A DNA stretch of 64,000 bases from sequence record OZ470804.1. The stretch is one strand, 5' to 3'. Made by a program: the position numbers and the translations under genes. Below the pieces are notes generated by a model that saw only the letters and a program-made list of their open reading frames with translations, had not been told where the DNA came from and made no database searches. Below are positions 39,346 through 47,245 of the stretch, in pieces (within the stretch, counting starts at the first letter, position 1; every line of letters begins with the position of its first letter). The stretch comes from a phage.

Positions 39346-39508
39346 GAGTGATAAGTACACTCAAGAAGAATCACGGTATATCATCAAAGGTAACACAGGC
39401 AGTGATGTAGCAGCAGCCCTTGAGTTCTATCGTGACGGCTTTTACCAGTGCACAATCAAAGCTAACAACCTTATTGACATGATTTTATTAGGGAATAAGC
39501 AGCAATGA
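39239..39508 (+). CDS. o-spanin-like lipoprotein (Rz1-like)
   Basis: starts inside 3' end of previous gene in another frame; lipobox LITMSGC. Confidence 0.4.
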   Translation: MKKLSQSFIMFVLLITMSGCSTNKVSSTFKNSQVSESDKYTQEESRYIIKGNTGSDVAAALEFYRDGFYQCTIKANNLIDMILLGNKQQ

Positions 39509-39774
39509 CAGAGAATCAAGACACTTTCTATGTAGAAGGTTACTTACTGTTGCCACGACCAAAAGAAACTTATATGCGAATTGATTTCTTACCAACCATT
39601 ATGGATAATGTGATGTGCCATATCTTTATGCAAGGTGTCACAGCACAGCTTAAGCATGTTGGTAAAGAGTGCAAAATAAAGGTTGACACTCATCCAGAAA
39701 TCAAAGAGAATCACTACACATGGTTCTTACCAGACTCTAAAGAAATCTTAGCAGTTCTTAAAACGAGGAAGTAA
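39505..39774 (+). CDS. hypothetical protein
   Basis: 89 aa ORF. Confidence 0.45.
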   Translation: MTENQDTFYVEGYLLLPRPKETYMRIDFLPTIMDNVMCHIFMQGVTAQLKHVGKECKIKVDTHPEIKENHYTWFLPDSKEILAVLKTRK

Positions 39775-39776
39775 CT

Positions 39777-40100
39777 ATGCAGATTAATGGAAGAGACTTT
39801 GTAGCCGTTTACTACGAGAAAGGTAAAGAAGTTGGCGTAGCACAAGTATCTTATGGCAATGGTAAGTGGCTATATGGAACAATCGCAGTAGTAGGCACAA
39901 GAAGTGATACAAAAACTTTTAAAGATTGTGTTGAACTTCTTGAAGAATCCATTCAGAACCATTGGTGTCTGATATGGATGACTGACAACGAAGTGATAGA
40001 ACGTTTCAAAAAGATTGACATCAACATTGACAGTATTGAGCATGTTGATTTATATGAGCTAACTGAGAAGGTAAACTATGAAAGCTCTAGAGGTAATTGA
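39777..40100 (+). CDS. hypothetical protein
   Basis: 107 aa ORF. Confidence 0.45.
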   Translation: MQINGRDFVAVYYEKGKEVGVAQVSYGNGKWLYGTIAVVGTRSDTKTFKDCVELLEESIQNHWCLIWMTDNEVIERFKKIDINIDSIEHVDLYELTEKVNYESSRGN

Positions 40101-40305
40101 TAAAGACACTGGAGAAGTTACATCAGCATGTGTTTTCGTTAGTAACGACACAGTGATACCATTTTACAATCTCGATAGTTTTAGTTTTACAGGGACAACT
40201 CCAGAGGAATACTTTGAAGACCTCACCTTTGCCAGAATCTCTATAGATACATTCTATAAATGCTTCTATGATGAAGGTAAAGAATTACGAGAAACCGAAC
40301 TATAA
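40078..40305 (+). CDS. hypothetical protein
   Basis: 75 aa ORF. Confidence 0.4.
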   Translation: MKALEVIDKDTGEVTSACVFVSNDTVIPFYNLDSFSFTGTTPEEYFEDLTFARISIDTFYKCFYDEGKELRETEL

Positions 40306-40317
40306 GGTGTATATTAT

Positions 40318-40518
40318 ATGGCTGACTTCTGCAAAGACTGTTCTATCGAAATGTTTGGACGTGATACAGGTGACTTAAAAGGTCTTATCACTGAAGATGA
40401 CTTTAAAGCTGGCTATGCAATGCCAGTAATCTGTGAAGGCTGTGGGTGCATCTGGGTAGACCATGAAGGGCAACGTGTAAAACCTTCAGAAGATAAAGAA
40501 TCTTGGGAGAGATGTTAA
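40318..40518 (+). CDS. Cys-rich small protein
   Basis: CKDC..CEGCGC pairs, 66 aa. Confidence 0.45.
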   Translation: MADFCKDCSIEMFGRDTGDLKGLITEDDFKAGYAMPVICEGCGCIWVDHEGQRVKPSEDKESWERC

Positions 40519-41304
40519 ATGGGTATTGTAAAAATCATCAAAGGCGATATCTTTGACGCCTTTGATAAAGGTAAGTTTGATATCATTGGGCATGGTTGCA
40601 ACTGTATGAATTTCATGGGTGCAGGTATTGCAGCAACTATTTCTAAGCGTTATCCAAAAGTGTATGATACTGACACAGAAGTTTACCTGTTTGCAGGTGG
40701 CATCCGTCACAAACCCTGTGAGAATTTACTAGGTAATTTCTCTGTAGCACGCTTAAAACAAGGTCGTATAGCTAACCTTTACACCCAACTTCATACTGGT
40801 AAAGATGCCCGATACAGTGCTTTAGAGTCATCTTTGAAACAACTTAACAGATACTGTGAAGTTAACCAGTTGAAGAAAGTCGGTCTGCCTATGATTGGTG
40901 CAGGTATCGGTGGACTTGACCCTCAAGCTGTCACAGTTATCATCAATCAGGTTATGAAGAGCGTAGATGTTTATCTGTATGTCTATGAAGCAAAAATGTA
41001 TAATGAGTTACACTCAGGTTGGAAGAACTACTGTGAACCAGAATACTTTGCAGGTGTAGCAGTGTTCATAGATAACGCAGTTACCCTCTTCAGACGAAGA
41101 AAAGGTAAGATACATCAAAGTAACCCTCCGGTTGAAAAGATGTCTCTAAGTAACGCTCTAGTTACCCACCTGTCAAAGAGCAATCACAGAATTGCAGTAA
41201 CATTTGGAAGTGATGCAGATGCTTATATCTATGCAAGAACTGATGAGGATATCGAGACGGTTTTCTCTTCACCAGAGCTTACCTTCTTAGACGCAAAGAA
41301 CTAA
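40519..41304 (+). CDS. macro-domain (ADP-ribose binding/processing) protein
   Basis: IKGDIF..FDIIGHGCNCMNFMGAGIAATISKRYP and VGLPMIGAGIGGLDP match macro-domain signature; about 110 aa C-terminal extension. Confidence 0.65.
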   Translation: MGIVKIIKGDIFDAFDKGKFDIIGHGCNCMNFMGAGIAATISKRYPKVYDTDTEVYLFAGGIRHKPCENLLGNFSVARLKQGRIANLYTQLHTGKDARYSALESSLKQLNRYCEVNQLKKVGLPMIGAGIGGLDPQAVTVIINQVMKSVDVYLYVYEAKMYNELHSGWKNYCEPEYFAGVAVFIDNAVTLFRRRKGKIHQSNPPVEKMSLSNALVTHLSKSNHRIAVTFGSDADAYIYARTDEDIETVFSSPELTFLDAKN

Positions 41305-41369
41305 GAAACTTCGTAGTATATTCACAATAGACTAAGCCTTTCTTATCTGGTAAATTTTTCAGGTAAGGA

Positions 41370-41600
41370 GGGCTTTTTCATTTCAGAATTGTGCAGGTAT
41401 ATTTCTATAGAGAAATCTGTAGAGGAAATTTTGAACTCCAAAGAGAAAATTCATTTTCAAACTGTGCAGATAATCTCCAAAGGACTTTTTCATTTTCAAA
41501 ACGTGCAGACCCCGCTCAGGTCGGGCAAGAAAAATCATTTTAGAATTGTGCAGGTAGGTGGGTGCAGGTGTGGATGTCGCCATTTCTCACAAGGCTACCA
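41370..41600. repeat. iteron-like array (4-5 copies of TCATTTTCARAAYTGTGCAGRT)
   Basis: copies near 41380, 41450, 41495, 41540 plus GGGTGCAGGTG; about 45-55 bp spacing. Confidence 0.6.
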
Positions 41601-41733
41601 CATCTGAAAAGAAAAGTCAACAGAAAAATTTGTAGCGGATTGAAAAATAATTCTTGATTGTAGTTCTGTTTTGTGGTAGTCGCGTGCGCCCGTTTCATTA
41701 CAGTTTTTTGCAAAAATATTTTTAAAATTCCTA

Positions 41734-41762
41734 TTGACTCTCTGACTATGGTTATTTAGTAT
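41734..41762 (+). promoter_or_regulatory. sigma70-type promoter
   Basis: TTGACT-17 bp-TAGTAT in AT-rich region upstream of first small gene. Confidence 0.55.
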
Positions 41763-41812
41763 TTGCATCAGACAGGCAAACAAGCCTACTTCCTAAACTG
41801 GAGATTTAAAAA

Positions 41813-42019
41813 ATGATTTACAGCCGTGAATTGATGGTTACAACCAACGTTAATACAAAGGTAAAACGTTTTTACATGCAAGTGTGCGGCGCATGGCGTA
41901 GAATATCAGAAGCTGATTATTGCAACTATGTAGAAACGGCAATCAATTCTAATTGCTACCTTACGAAGAATACAAAGCGACATATAAAACAGACAGCGGT
42001 TTACTATTACGATATATAA
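41813..42019 (+). CDS. small hypothetical protein (array gene 1)
   Basis: 68 aa ORF preceded by conserved TAAACTGGAGATT RBS block. Confidence 0.5.
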   Translation: MIYSRELMVTTNVNTKVKRFYMQVCGAWRRISEADYCNYVETAINSNCYLTKNTKRHIKQTAVYYYDI

Positions 42020-42020
42020 A

Positions 42021-42109
42021 AAGTACTTTACAGGGGGCTTAAAAGCTGATATCTTAAGCCCCAGATAAAGAGCTTTACTAAATTAACCCTTAAACTAGGA
42101 GATTCAAAA
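42021..42109 (+). promoter_or_regulatory. leader cassette type A, copy 1
   Basis: AAGTACTTTACA, GGGGCTT..AAGCCCC hairpin, AGATAAAGAGCTTTAC, TAAACTAGGAGATTCAAAAATG. Confidence 0.65.
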
Positions 42110-42493
42110 ATGGCTTATCGTGCACCTAAATTCATCAACAAAGACAACTTTCGCAACGCACTGGAGAAGTCACTTGATGAAAATTTTAAAGGTAACATTA
42201 TCGTTGTTCACGCATTCAATTTTAAGTATGATGTAAACGGGAATAGAATCAACCATTACACAGCAACCATGTTAGATGGTACGCTATCAAGTGAAAAAGC
42301 TGTACTGAATGCACTTGCAGGACGTGGTAAAAACCTGATAAGATGCGATAAGAGACGTTATCAGGGTGGCGCATATGGTTATGATGATGCTGTTTACCAT
42401 CTTGAAAATATGGGCTATCAAGTAGAAAAAGCTGGAGCATCACAAATCATCGGCAGCGATGGTTATGTAACTATCTTCAAAATTAACAAATAA
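42110..42493 (+). CDS. small hypothetical protein (array gene 2)
   Basis: 127 aa ORF driven by type A cassette. Confidence 0.55.
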   Translation: MAYRAPKFINKDNFRNALEKSLDENFKGNIIVVHAFNFKYDVNGNRINHYTATMLDGTLSSEKAVLNALAGRGKNLIRCDKRRYQGGAYGYDDAVYHLENMGYQVEKAGASQIIGSDGYVTIFKINK

Positions 42494-42579
42494 AGTACTT
42501 TACAAGGGGCTTATAGTTCGATAAAGTAAGCCCCAGATAAAGAGCTTTACCACTCAATCCTAAATTGGAGAACTTAAAA
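42493..42579 (+). promoter_or_regulatory. leader cassette type A, copy 2
   Basis: same cassette with compensatory stem variant GGGGCTTAT..TAAGCCCC. Confidence 0.65.
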
Positions 42580-42837
42580 ATGGCTATTATCAAAAACGTT
42601 GTAATTACTGCAAAGACTCGTGATGACGCTCGCGTTATGGCTAAAAAGTTATGCGGGAAAGTGGTTGACAACGGAAAACAATCCGCTGTAAGGTGGAACG
42701 TGAAGTCGGATAAGCAATTAACCTTAAAACGTAATTCAAACAACCTTTTTAAAGGTGTAAAATCACTCGGTAAAGTGAACGTGTTTACCAAAAAAGGCTA
42801 TAAAATGCACTTATCATTAACTGGCAATTTAATCTGA
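42580..42837 (+). CDS. small hypothetical protein (array gene 3)
   Basis: start set to ATG 42580 by analogy with other cassettes; ORF-track start 42565 is TTG. Confidence 0.5.
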   Translation: MAIIKNVVITAKTRDDARVMAKKLCGKVVDNGKQSAVRWNVKSDKQLTLKRNSNNLFKGVKSLGKVNVFTKKGYKMHLSLTGNLI

Positions 42838-42839
42838 TA

Positions 42840-42925
42840 AAGTACTTTACAAGGGGCTTAAAAGTTGGTATCTTAAGCCCCAGATAAAGAGCTTTACCAC
42901 TAAATCCTAAACTGGAGATTCTAAA
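42840..42925 (+). promoter_or_regulatory. leader cassette type A, copy 3
   Basis: TTTACA-17 bp-TATCTT promoter-like spacing overlapping the hairpin. Confidence 0.65.
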
Positions 42926-43222
42926 ATGAAATTATCGAATAAAGTTCGTGAAAATCTAAGCAAGTTACTCAACAAAATTGATTTTATCGAGACATCAAGA
43001 AATAGTCATGATGTTATGGAATGGTTACACGGCAAAATAAAAGGCCGTCGTGTAGTGATTTGCTTATGGAATAGTTGCAGGGAATATAAAAAACCTGTAT
43101 TGCAAGTTAATATTTATGATGATACTTTTAAAAGTCCTGTAAAGTCTAAAAGCGATTTATTAGAATCCTATGAGATAACTGTAAATGGCAAAGTGTCACG
43201 TAAAGAGGAAACACCATGTTAA
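42926..43222 (+). CDS. small hypothetical protein (array gene 4)
   Basis: 98 aa ORF. Confidence 0.55.
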   Translation: MKLSNKVRENLSKLLNKIDFIETSRNSHDVMEWLHGKIKGRRVVICLWNSCREYKKPVLQVNIYDDTFKSPVKSKSDLLESYEITVNGKVSRKEETPC

Positions 43223-43548
43223 TGACTGGTATCACTGCAATCATTGCCATTTTCGCGCTATATAAGGCATATAAAGCCTATAATCTAGCAAATAAGGCAA
43301 TCACACAGCAGGTTAGCAATAACCTTGTAGAAAGCTTTCTAGGGCGTCTCAGTGATGAGCAAATAAAGCGGTTAGAAATGAGCTTCAGATTTCAATCAAA
43401 AACTTATCAAATCAGCGACATTTTCAAAGATGATTTTCAGCTAGTCGATGATTATAATGCTCTGATAAATGCTTTAAATGTCAGTGACTTAAAAGACTAT
43501 TACGCTGTAATTGTTCAAGAATTAAGCAAACGAAAAAATTTCTCTTGA
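43216..43548 (+). CDS. small membrane protein (array gene 5)
   Basis: N-terminal TM helix MLMTGITAIIAIFALY. Confidence 0.5.
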   Translation: MLMTGITAIIAIFALYKAYKAYNLANKAITQQVSNNLVESFLGRLSDEQIKRLEMSFRFQSKTYQISDIFKDDFQLVDDYNALINALNVSDLKDYYAVIVQELSKRKNFS

Positions 43549-43638
43549 TTTTAGTTTTAAAAACAAGTAAATTATCAATCAACGGGGAGGGAATGACCTT
43601 CCCCACTAAGTAAAGTCCTTAAACTAGGAGATTCAAAA
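43545..43638 (+). promoter_or_regulatory. leader cassette type B, copy 1 (promoter + leader hairpin + RBS)
   Basis: TTGATT-17 bp-TAAATT then GGGGAGGGAATGACCTTCCCC hairpin then TAAACTAGGAGATTCAAAAATG. Confidence 0.65.
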
Positions 43639-43911
43639 ATGTATACTACTAACAACGGTCGCACTCTAAACGTAACCCTACGCCACTATGTGAACGGTGT
43701 AATGCACTTCGAGGATTTACAAGCTGAACAGCACATTTTGGATTGGCAACTTGCAGGACTCCAAAAAACTGCTACCGGATACGGGAAAAAGATTCCAACT
43801 AGCTGGAAAGTATACTACGAAGGACGTTTGCGCAGAATTTATCAGGATGTATATAGCAATAGCGCAACAAGTTACATCATGGTAAAAGGTAAAAAATTAC
43901 ACTTAGTATAA
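43639..43911 (+). CDS. small hypothetical protein (array gene 6)
   Basis: 90 aa ORF. Confidence 0.55.
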   Translation: MYTTNNGRTLNVTLRHYVNGVMHFEDLQAEQHILDWQLAGLQKTATGYGKKIPTSWKVYYEGRLRRIYQDVYSNSATSYIMVKGKKLHLV

Positions 43912-43996
43912 AGTACTTTACAAGGGGCTTATAGTTCGATAAAGTAAGCCCCAGATAAAGAGCTTTATCACTCAATCCTAAATTGGAGATTCTAAA
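43911..43996 (+). promoter_or_regulatory. leader cassette type A, copy 4
   Basis: near-identical to copy 2. Confidence 0.65.
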
Positions 43997-44401
43997 ATGG
44001 CTATTAATAATCGTGAGTTATCAATCTTAAAAGCACGTTTGACCGTTAACCGGATTAATGTTATTACGTCGTCAGCACCTGATGAGACATTGCACAACAT
44101 TATCGGGAAGATTCAAAGTGTTATCTTAGACGTTGAAAGCGTAAAAAACTCATTGGCTGACGTTGCAGCAGGTATCACGCTAGACGGTGCACAATATGAA
44201 ATGGCTGACATGTTAGGCAAATCTAAGGTAATGAATAAAGAGCTTGATTTAAAAATGTTCCGCTTTGCCGTGAAAGTGTGGCTATCTGTCGAGTATGACG
44301 CAAATTTTGCAATCGCTGACTTTTTCGCAACATGGTTGCAACGTAATTTGACAAATCACGATTTTCGTGATGTCTGTGATGCAATTTATGCAGAACTCTA
44401 A
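43997..44401 (+). CDS. small hypothetical protein (array gene 7)
   Basis: 134 aa ORF. Confidence 0.55.
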   Translation: MAINNRELSILKARLTVNRINVITSSAPDETLHNIIGKIQSVILDVESVKNSLADVAAGITLDGAQYEMADMLGKSKVMNKELDLKMFRFAVKVWLSVEYDANFAIADFFATWLQRNLTNHDFRDVCDAIYAEL

Positions 44402-44410
44402 AAAATTTTG

Positions 44411-44502
44411 TTGACACTGGTTTTTAGATAGATTAAATTACACATCAACGGGGAGGGAATGACCTTCCCCACTAAATAAAGTCCTAAACTGGAGATTCTA
44501 AA
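44411..44502 (+). promoter_or_regulatory. leader cassette type B, copy 2
   Basis: TTGACA-17 bp-TAAATT then GGGGAGGGAATGACCTTCCCC. Confidence 0.65.
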
Positions 44503-44700
44503 ATGGCTATTATTAACGGTTTAACCATTGAAACTACACACATCAAAGATATCAAAGTTGGCGATATAGTCCTTTCCCACGGCGTAGAAAAAACTGTCAC
44601 TGCAAAGGATATCAAAGAGGATTCTTTCATGGGTAGAACTCTCTTCGGTGATTCTTATTGCTTAGGTTATCTTGCAGTTTTAAAAGTTGTCAAAAATTAA
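44503..44700 (+). CDS. small hypothetical protein (array gene 8)
   Basis: 65 aa ORF. Confidence 0.5.
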   Translation: MAIINGLTIETTHIKDIKVGDIVLSHGVEKTVTAKDIKEDSFMGRTLFGDSYCLGYLAVLKVVKN

Positions 44701-44706
44701 GTAATA

Positions 44707-44792
44707 AAGTACTTTACAAGGGGCTTAAAAAGTTGGTATCTTAATCCCCAGATAAAGAGCTTTACACAGTCCTTAAACTAGGAGATTAAAAA
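44707..44792 (+). promoter_or_regulatory. leader cassette type A, copy 5
   Basis: GGGGCTTAAAAAGTTGGTATCTTAATCCCC variant. Confidence 0.6.
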
Positions 44793-45041
44793 ATGATGAA
44801 TTATTTAAACATTCCCGACACTTGCAAACTGTTAACGCAACCAGAAAATTTAGGTAAGGCTTACCTATACCATATGCCAAATAATACGGCAAAAACTTAT
44901 AGTTACACTGTTAACCGATTCACGGCATACGCTGCAAAAAACGGTTACAAGGTTGTTACTCAAAAAGTAACACTGTTTACAACTGTTGAGGAACTCCCCA
45001 CGGTTGCAGTTAAACTGATTTTTTCAAAGAAAACTAAATAG
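44793..45041 (+). CDS. small hypothetical protein (array gene 9)
   Basis: 82 aa ORF. Confidence 0.5.
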   Translation: MMNYLNIPDTCKLLTQPENLGKAYLYHMPNNTAKTYSYTVNRFTAYAAKNGYKVVTQKVTLFTTVEELPTVAVKLIFSKKTK

Positions 45042-45126
45042 ATTTCTTTACACGGGGTTATCAAGCTGATAAGATAGCCCCAGATAAAGAAATTTATCAA
45101 ATAAATCCTAAACTGGAGATTCAAAA
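45041..45126 (+). promoter_or_regulatory. leader cassette type A, copy 6 (diverged)
   Basis: GGGGTTATC..GATAGCCCC stem keeps pairing despite sequence change. Confidence 0.55.
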
Positions 45127-45669
45127 ATGAAATGTTTTCACGGTACTACTCAAGAAAACTTTATCAACCTGATTAATAACGGTGATAAACCATCAGGCGC
45201 ATGGAATTGTTCTGATATGGATGGGAATTTTTACGTTTACCCAGAGAATAAAATCTATGGCGACGATGAGGAAGAAATAATCTTTGAAGGTATCCAGCAA
45301 GCTCTGGGCAATGCCACTATCACCGCAGCTTTTCAGATGAAAACTCAAAACATTGTTATCTTGGAACTTGAGATTCCAGAAGATGAGCTAAACGATGATT
45401 ATTCTTGTGATAATATGTCGAGCGTGGCAAGTTTTACAGAATATTTCGATTTAAATTGGATTAAAAAGGTTTACATCACTGAATTTAATGCTATGTATTC
45501 GCCTTTTTGTCTTCCTTCACTGGATAACCCAAATATGAATTATCTTGATGAGACATTAGAACTACTTGCTAAAAGTGTTCAACAATCGGACAGTATTCAG
45601 GTTTTTTGTGACATCATGGACACACTAACGGAAAACATCGCAGAAGAGGATTTAAAGAGCTTTTTCTAA
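45127..45669 (+). CDS. hypothetical protein (array gene 10)
   Basis: 180 aa acidic ORF followed by terminator. Confidence 0.55.
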   Translation: MKCFHGTTQENFINLINNGDKPSGAWNCSDMDGNFYVYPENKIYGDDEEEIIFEGIQQALGNATITAAFQMKTQNIVILELEIPEDELNDDYSCDNMSSVASFTEYFDLNWIKKVYITEFNAMYSPFCLPSLDNPNMNYLDETLELLAKSVQQSDSIQVFCDIMDTLTENIAEEDLKSFF

Positions 45670-45701
45670 AAACCTATGCAATCACATTATAAACACTATT
45701 C

Positions 45702-45721
45702 AGCCCCTTGTAGGGGCTTTT
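45702..45721 (+). terminator. intrinsic terminator
   Basis: AGCCCC-TTGT-AGGGGCT followed by TTT. Confidence 0.55.
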
Positions 45722-45735
45722 AAGAGGCTTAAATC

Positions 45736-45969
45736 ATGCTTACAACCGTTTATCTTATCCTTTCTATATGTAATGGTCATTCATGCGATTTTAAAGGGCT
45801 TGAAGAGTTTACAGGAAGTAAAGAAAATGCTATTCAAGTTTGCCAGATAGCGAGACAAGACTATCCCGCAAGTGATGATATTCAGTGTTACTTTAAGACA
45901 GAAGATGAAGACGGTATCTATTTTGACAGTGTAGATGGTCAGTATGAAATTATCATTGAAAAAGACTAG
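45736..45969 (+). CDS. small hypothetical protein (array gene 11)
   Basis: 77 aa ORF. Confidence 0.5.
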   Translation: MLTTVYLILSICNGHSCDFKGLEEFTGSKENAIQVCQIARQDYPASDDIQCYFKTEDEDGIYFDSVDGQYEIIIEKD

Positions 45970-46058
45970 ACAAGCCTGATAAAAATCTGTAAATTGTCAA
46001 TCAACGGGGAGGGGATGACCTTCCCCACTAAATAAAATCCTAAACTGGAGATTCAAAA
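45967..46058 (+). promoter_or_regulatory. leader cassette type B, copy 3
   Basis: TAGACA-17 bp-TAAATT then GGGGAGGGGATGACCTTCCCC. Confidence 0.65.
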
Positions 46059-46400
46059 ATGGCTTATGTAACCGTAATTACCGATAAAGCTGGCGCATCT
46101 TGGTCAACTCAAGTAAGCGATAAGATGTCACCTATGCAGTGCCTAAAATACTTTGAGCAATGGAACAAAGGCGAGGATGTCAGCCCCTTTCAAGTAATGC
46201 AGATTATCCATACAGATAACGAAGGGAAGAAAACTGTTTTGAATAGTGAGTACTACGCAACCAGATTTGAAACGAGATGTAAAGCAATGAAGCTCTTGCG
46301 TGAGTCTGGTTATTCTCATATTGCGGCAATAATCTGGGATGACTTGCTAAAAAGTCAGCGTATCAGCTATGTAAAACCTGAAAAAATATTCATCAGTTAA
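46059..46400 (+). CDS. small hypothetical protein (array gene 12)
   Basis: 113 aa ORF. Confidence 0.55.
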   Translation: MAYVTVITDKAGASWSTQVSDKMSPMQCLKYFEQWNKGEDVSPFQVMQIIHTDNEGKKTVLNSEYYATRFETRCKAMKLLRESGYSHIAAIIWDDLLKSQRISYVKPEKIFIS

Positions 46401-46432
46401 TCAATAACTTACAAAAAACTTTTAAAAAAGTG

Positions 46433-46461
46433 TTGACAATGCCCCTTGACATTGGTAACTT
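46433..46461 (+). promoter_or_regulatory. putative promoter with tandem TTGACA boxes
   Basis: AAAAAGTGTTGACAATGCCCCTTGACATTGGTAACTT. Confidence 0.4.
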
Positions 46462-46529
46462 TGTTCGAGGGGGTTTATCTAAAAGGGATTAACTTAAAAG
46501 ATTCTTTATAGATAAACTTAAAAAATTGC

Positions 46530-46622
46530 TTGCAATCAGATATCAAAACAAGTAAATTACTAATCAACGGGAGGCGATAACCTCCCCACTAAGTAAAGTC
46601 CTTAAACTAGGAGATTCAAAAA
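46530..46622 (+). promoter_or_regulatory. leader cassette type B, copy 4
   Basis: TTGCAA-17 bp-TAAATT then GGGAGGCGATAACCTCCCC variant hairpin. Confidence 0.6.
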
Positions 46623-47153
46623 ATGAACAAGTTCAAAGCTATCAACTTCATTCGTTCAAATAGTGTTATGTCAAAGCCTGTTAAAGACACCTATGAATTT
46701 CGTTGTAATGGTGTACATTTTGCAACAATCACCAAATCAGAAAACGGGGCTTATTACGTCCATCGTCGTAATGTTTCTACTGTTGTAGTTTCTCACTTTA
46801 TGCAAGCTGTCGCGGAACTTCTCCCGATGTTTTTAGGTCTTTACTTAGATGAGTGTAAAAACGTTTACAATCACGTTAAAAACCTTTTAAACAGTTATAA
46901 AATGGCTTACGAACGCTCTATCAAGTCCTTAAACAAGTTCTATAAAGCCCCTGCAAATACTGTATCAATGGCCTATGGCGTAGGTGGCTGGACTTTTAAC
47001 CTTTCCCTAGTGGAAGAAATCGAGCTTTATGATTTACGTCCTAATGGTTACTCTAAGACACTGGGAGAAGGTTTAACGTTCAATATCAAAAACTTAGAAA
47101 AAACTTTAAAAGATATTGAAAAAGATATTGACGAAACAATCAAAAACCTGTAA
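46623..47153 (+). CDS. hypothetical protein (array gene 13)
   Basis: 176 aa ORF. Confidence 0.55.
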   Translation: MNKFKAINFIRSNSVMSKPVKDTYEFRCNGVHFATITKSENGAYYVHRRNVSTVVVSHFMQAVAELLPMFLGLYLDECKNVYNHVKNLLNSYKMAYERSIKSLNKFYKAPANTVSMAYGVGGWTFNLSLVEEIELYDLRPNGYSKTLGEGLTFNIKNLEKTLKDIEKDIDETIKNL

Positions 47154-47243
47154 TTTGTCAATCAACGGGGAGGGAATGACCTCCCCCCACTACATAAAAC
47201 CCTTAAACTAGGAGATTCAAAAATGGTGATAAGAAAGAAGTAG
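47128..47243 (+). promoter_or_regulatory. leader cassette type B, copy 5 (orphan, drives only a 6-codon ORF)
   Basis: TTGACG-17 bp-TAATTT then hairpin then RBS then ATGGTGATAAGAAAGAAGTAG. Confidence 0.55.
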
Positions 47244-47245
47244 TG

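Noticed and set aside
41383-41783. ORF-track ORFs 41383-41583 (-), 41389-41607 (+), 41595-41783 (-)
   Set aside because: They overlap each other and the iteron-like repeats, lack RBS, and their translations follow the repeat periodicity
42021-45126. Type A hairpins as Rho-independent terminators
   Set aside because: Stems are GC-rich but followed by AGATAAAG rather than a U-tract; true terminators elsewhere in the window have 5-6 T after the stem
41789-47245. Regular repeats separated by variable sequence, superficially CRISPR-like
   Set aside because: Repeat units are ~85 bp and of two types, spacers are 200-550 bp and encode proteins with RBS and start codons; no cas genes
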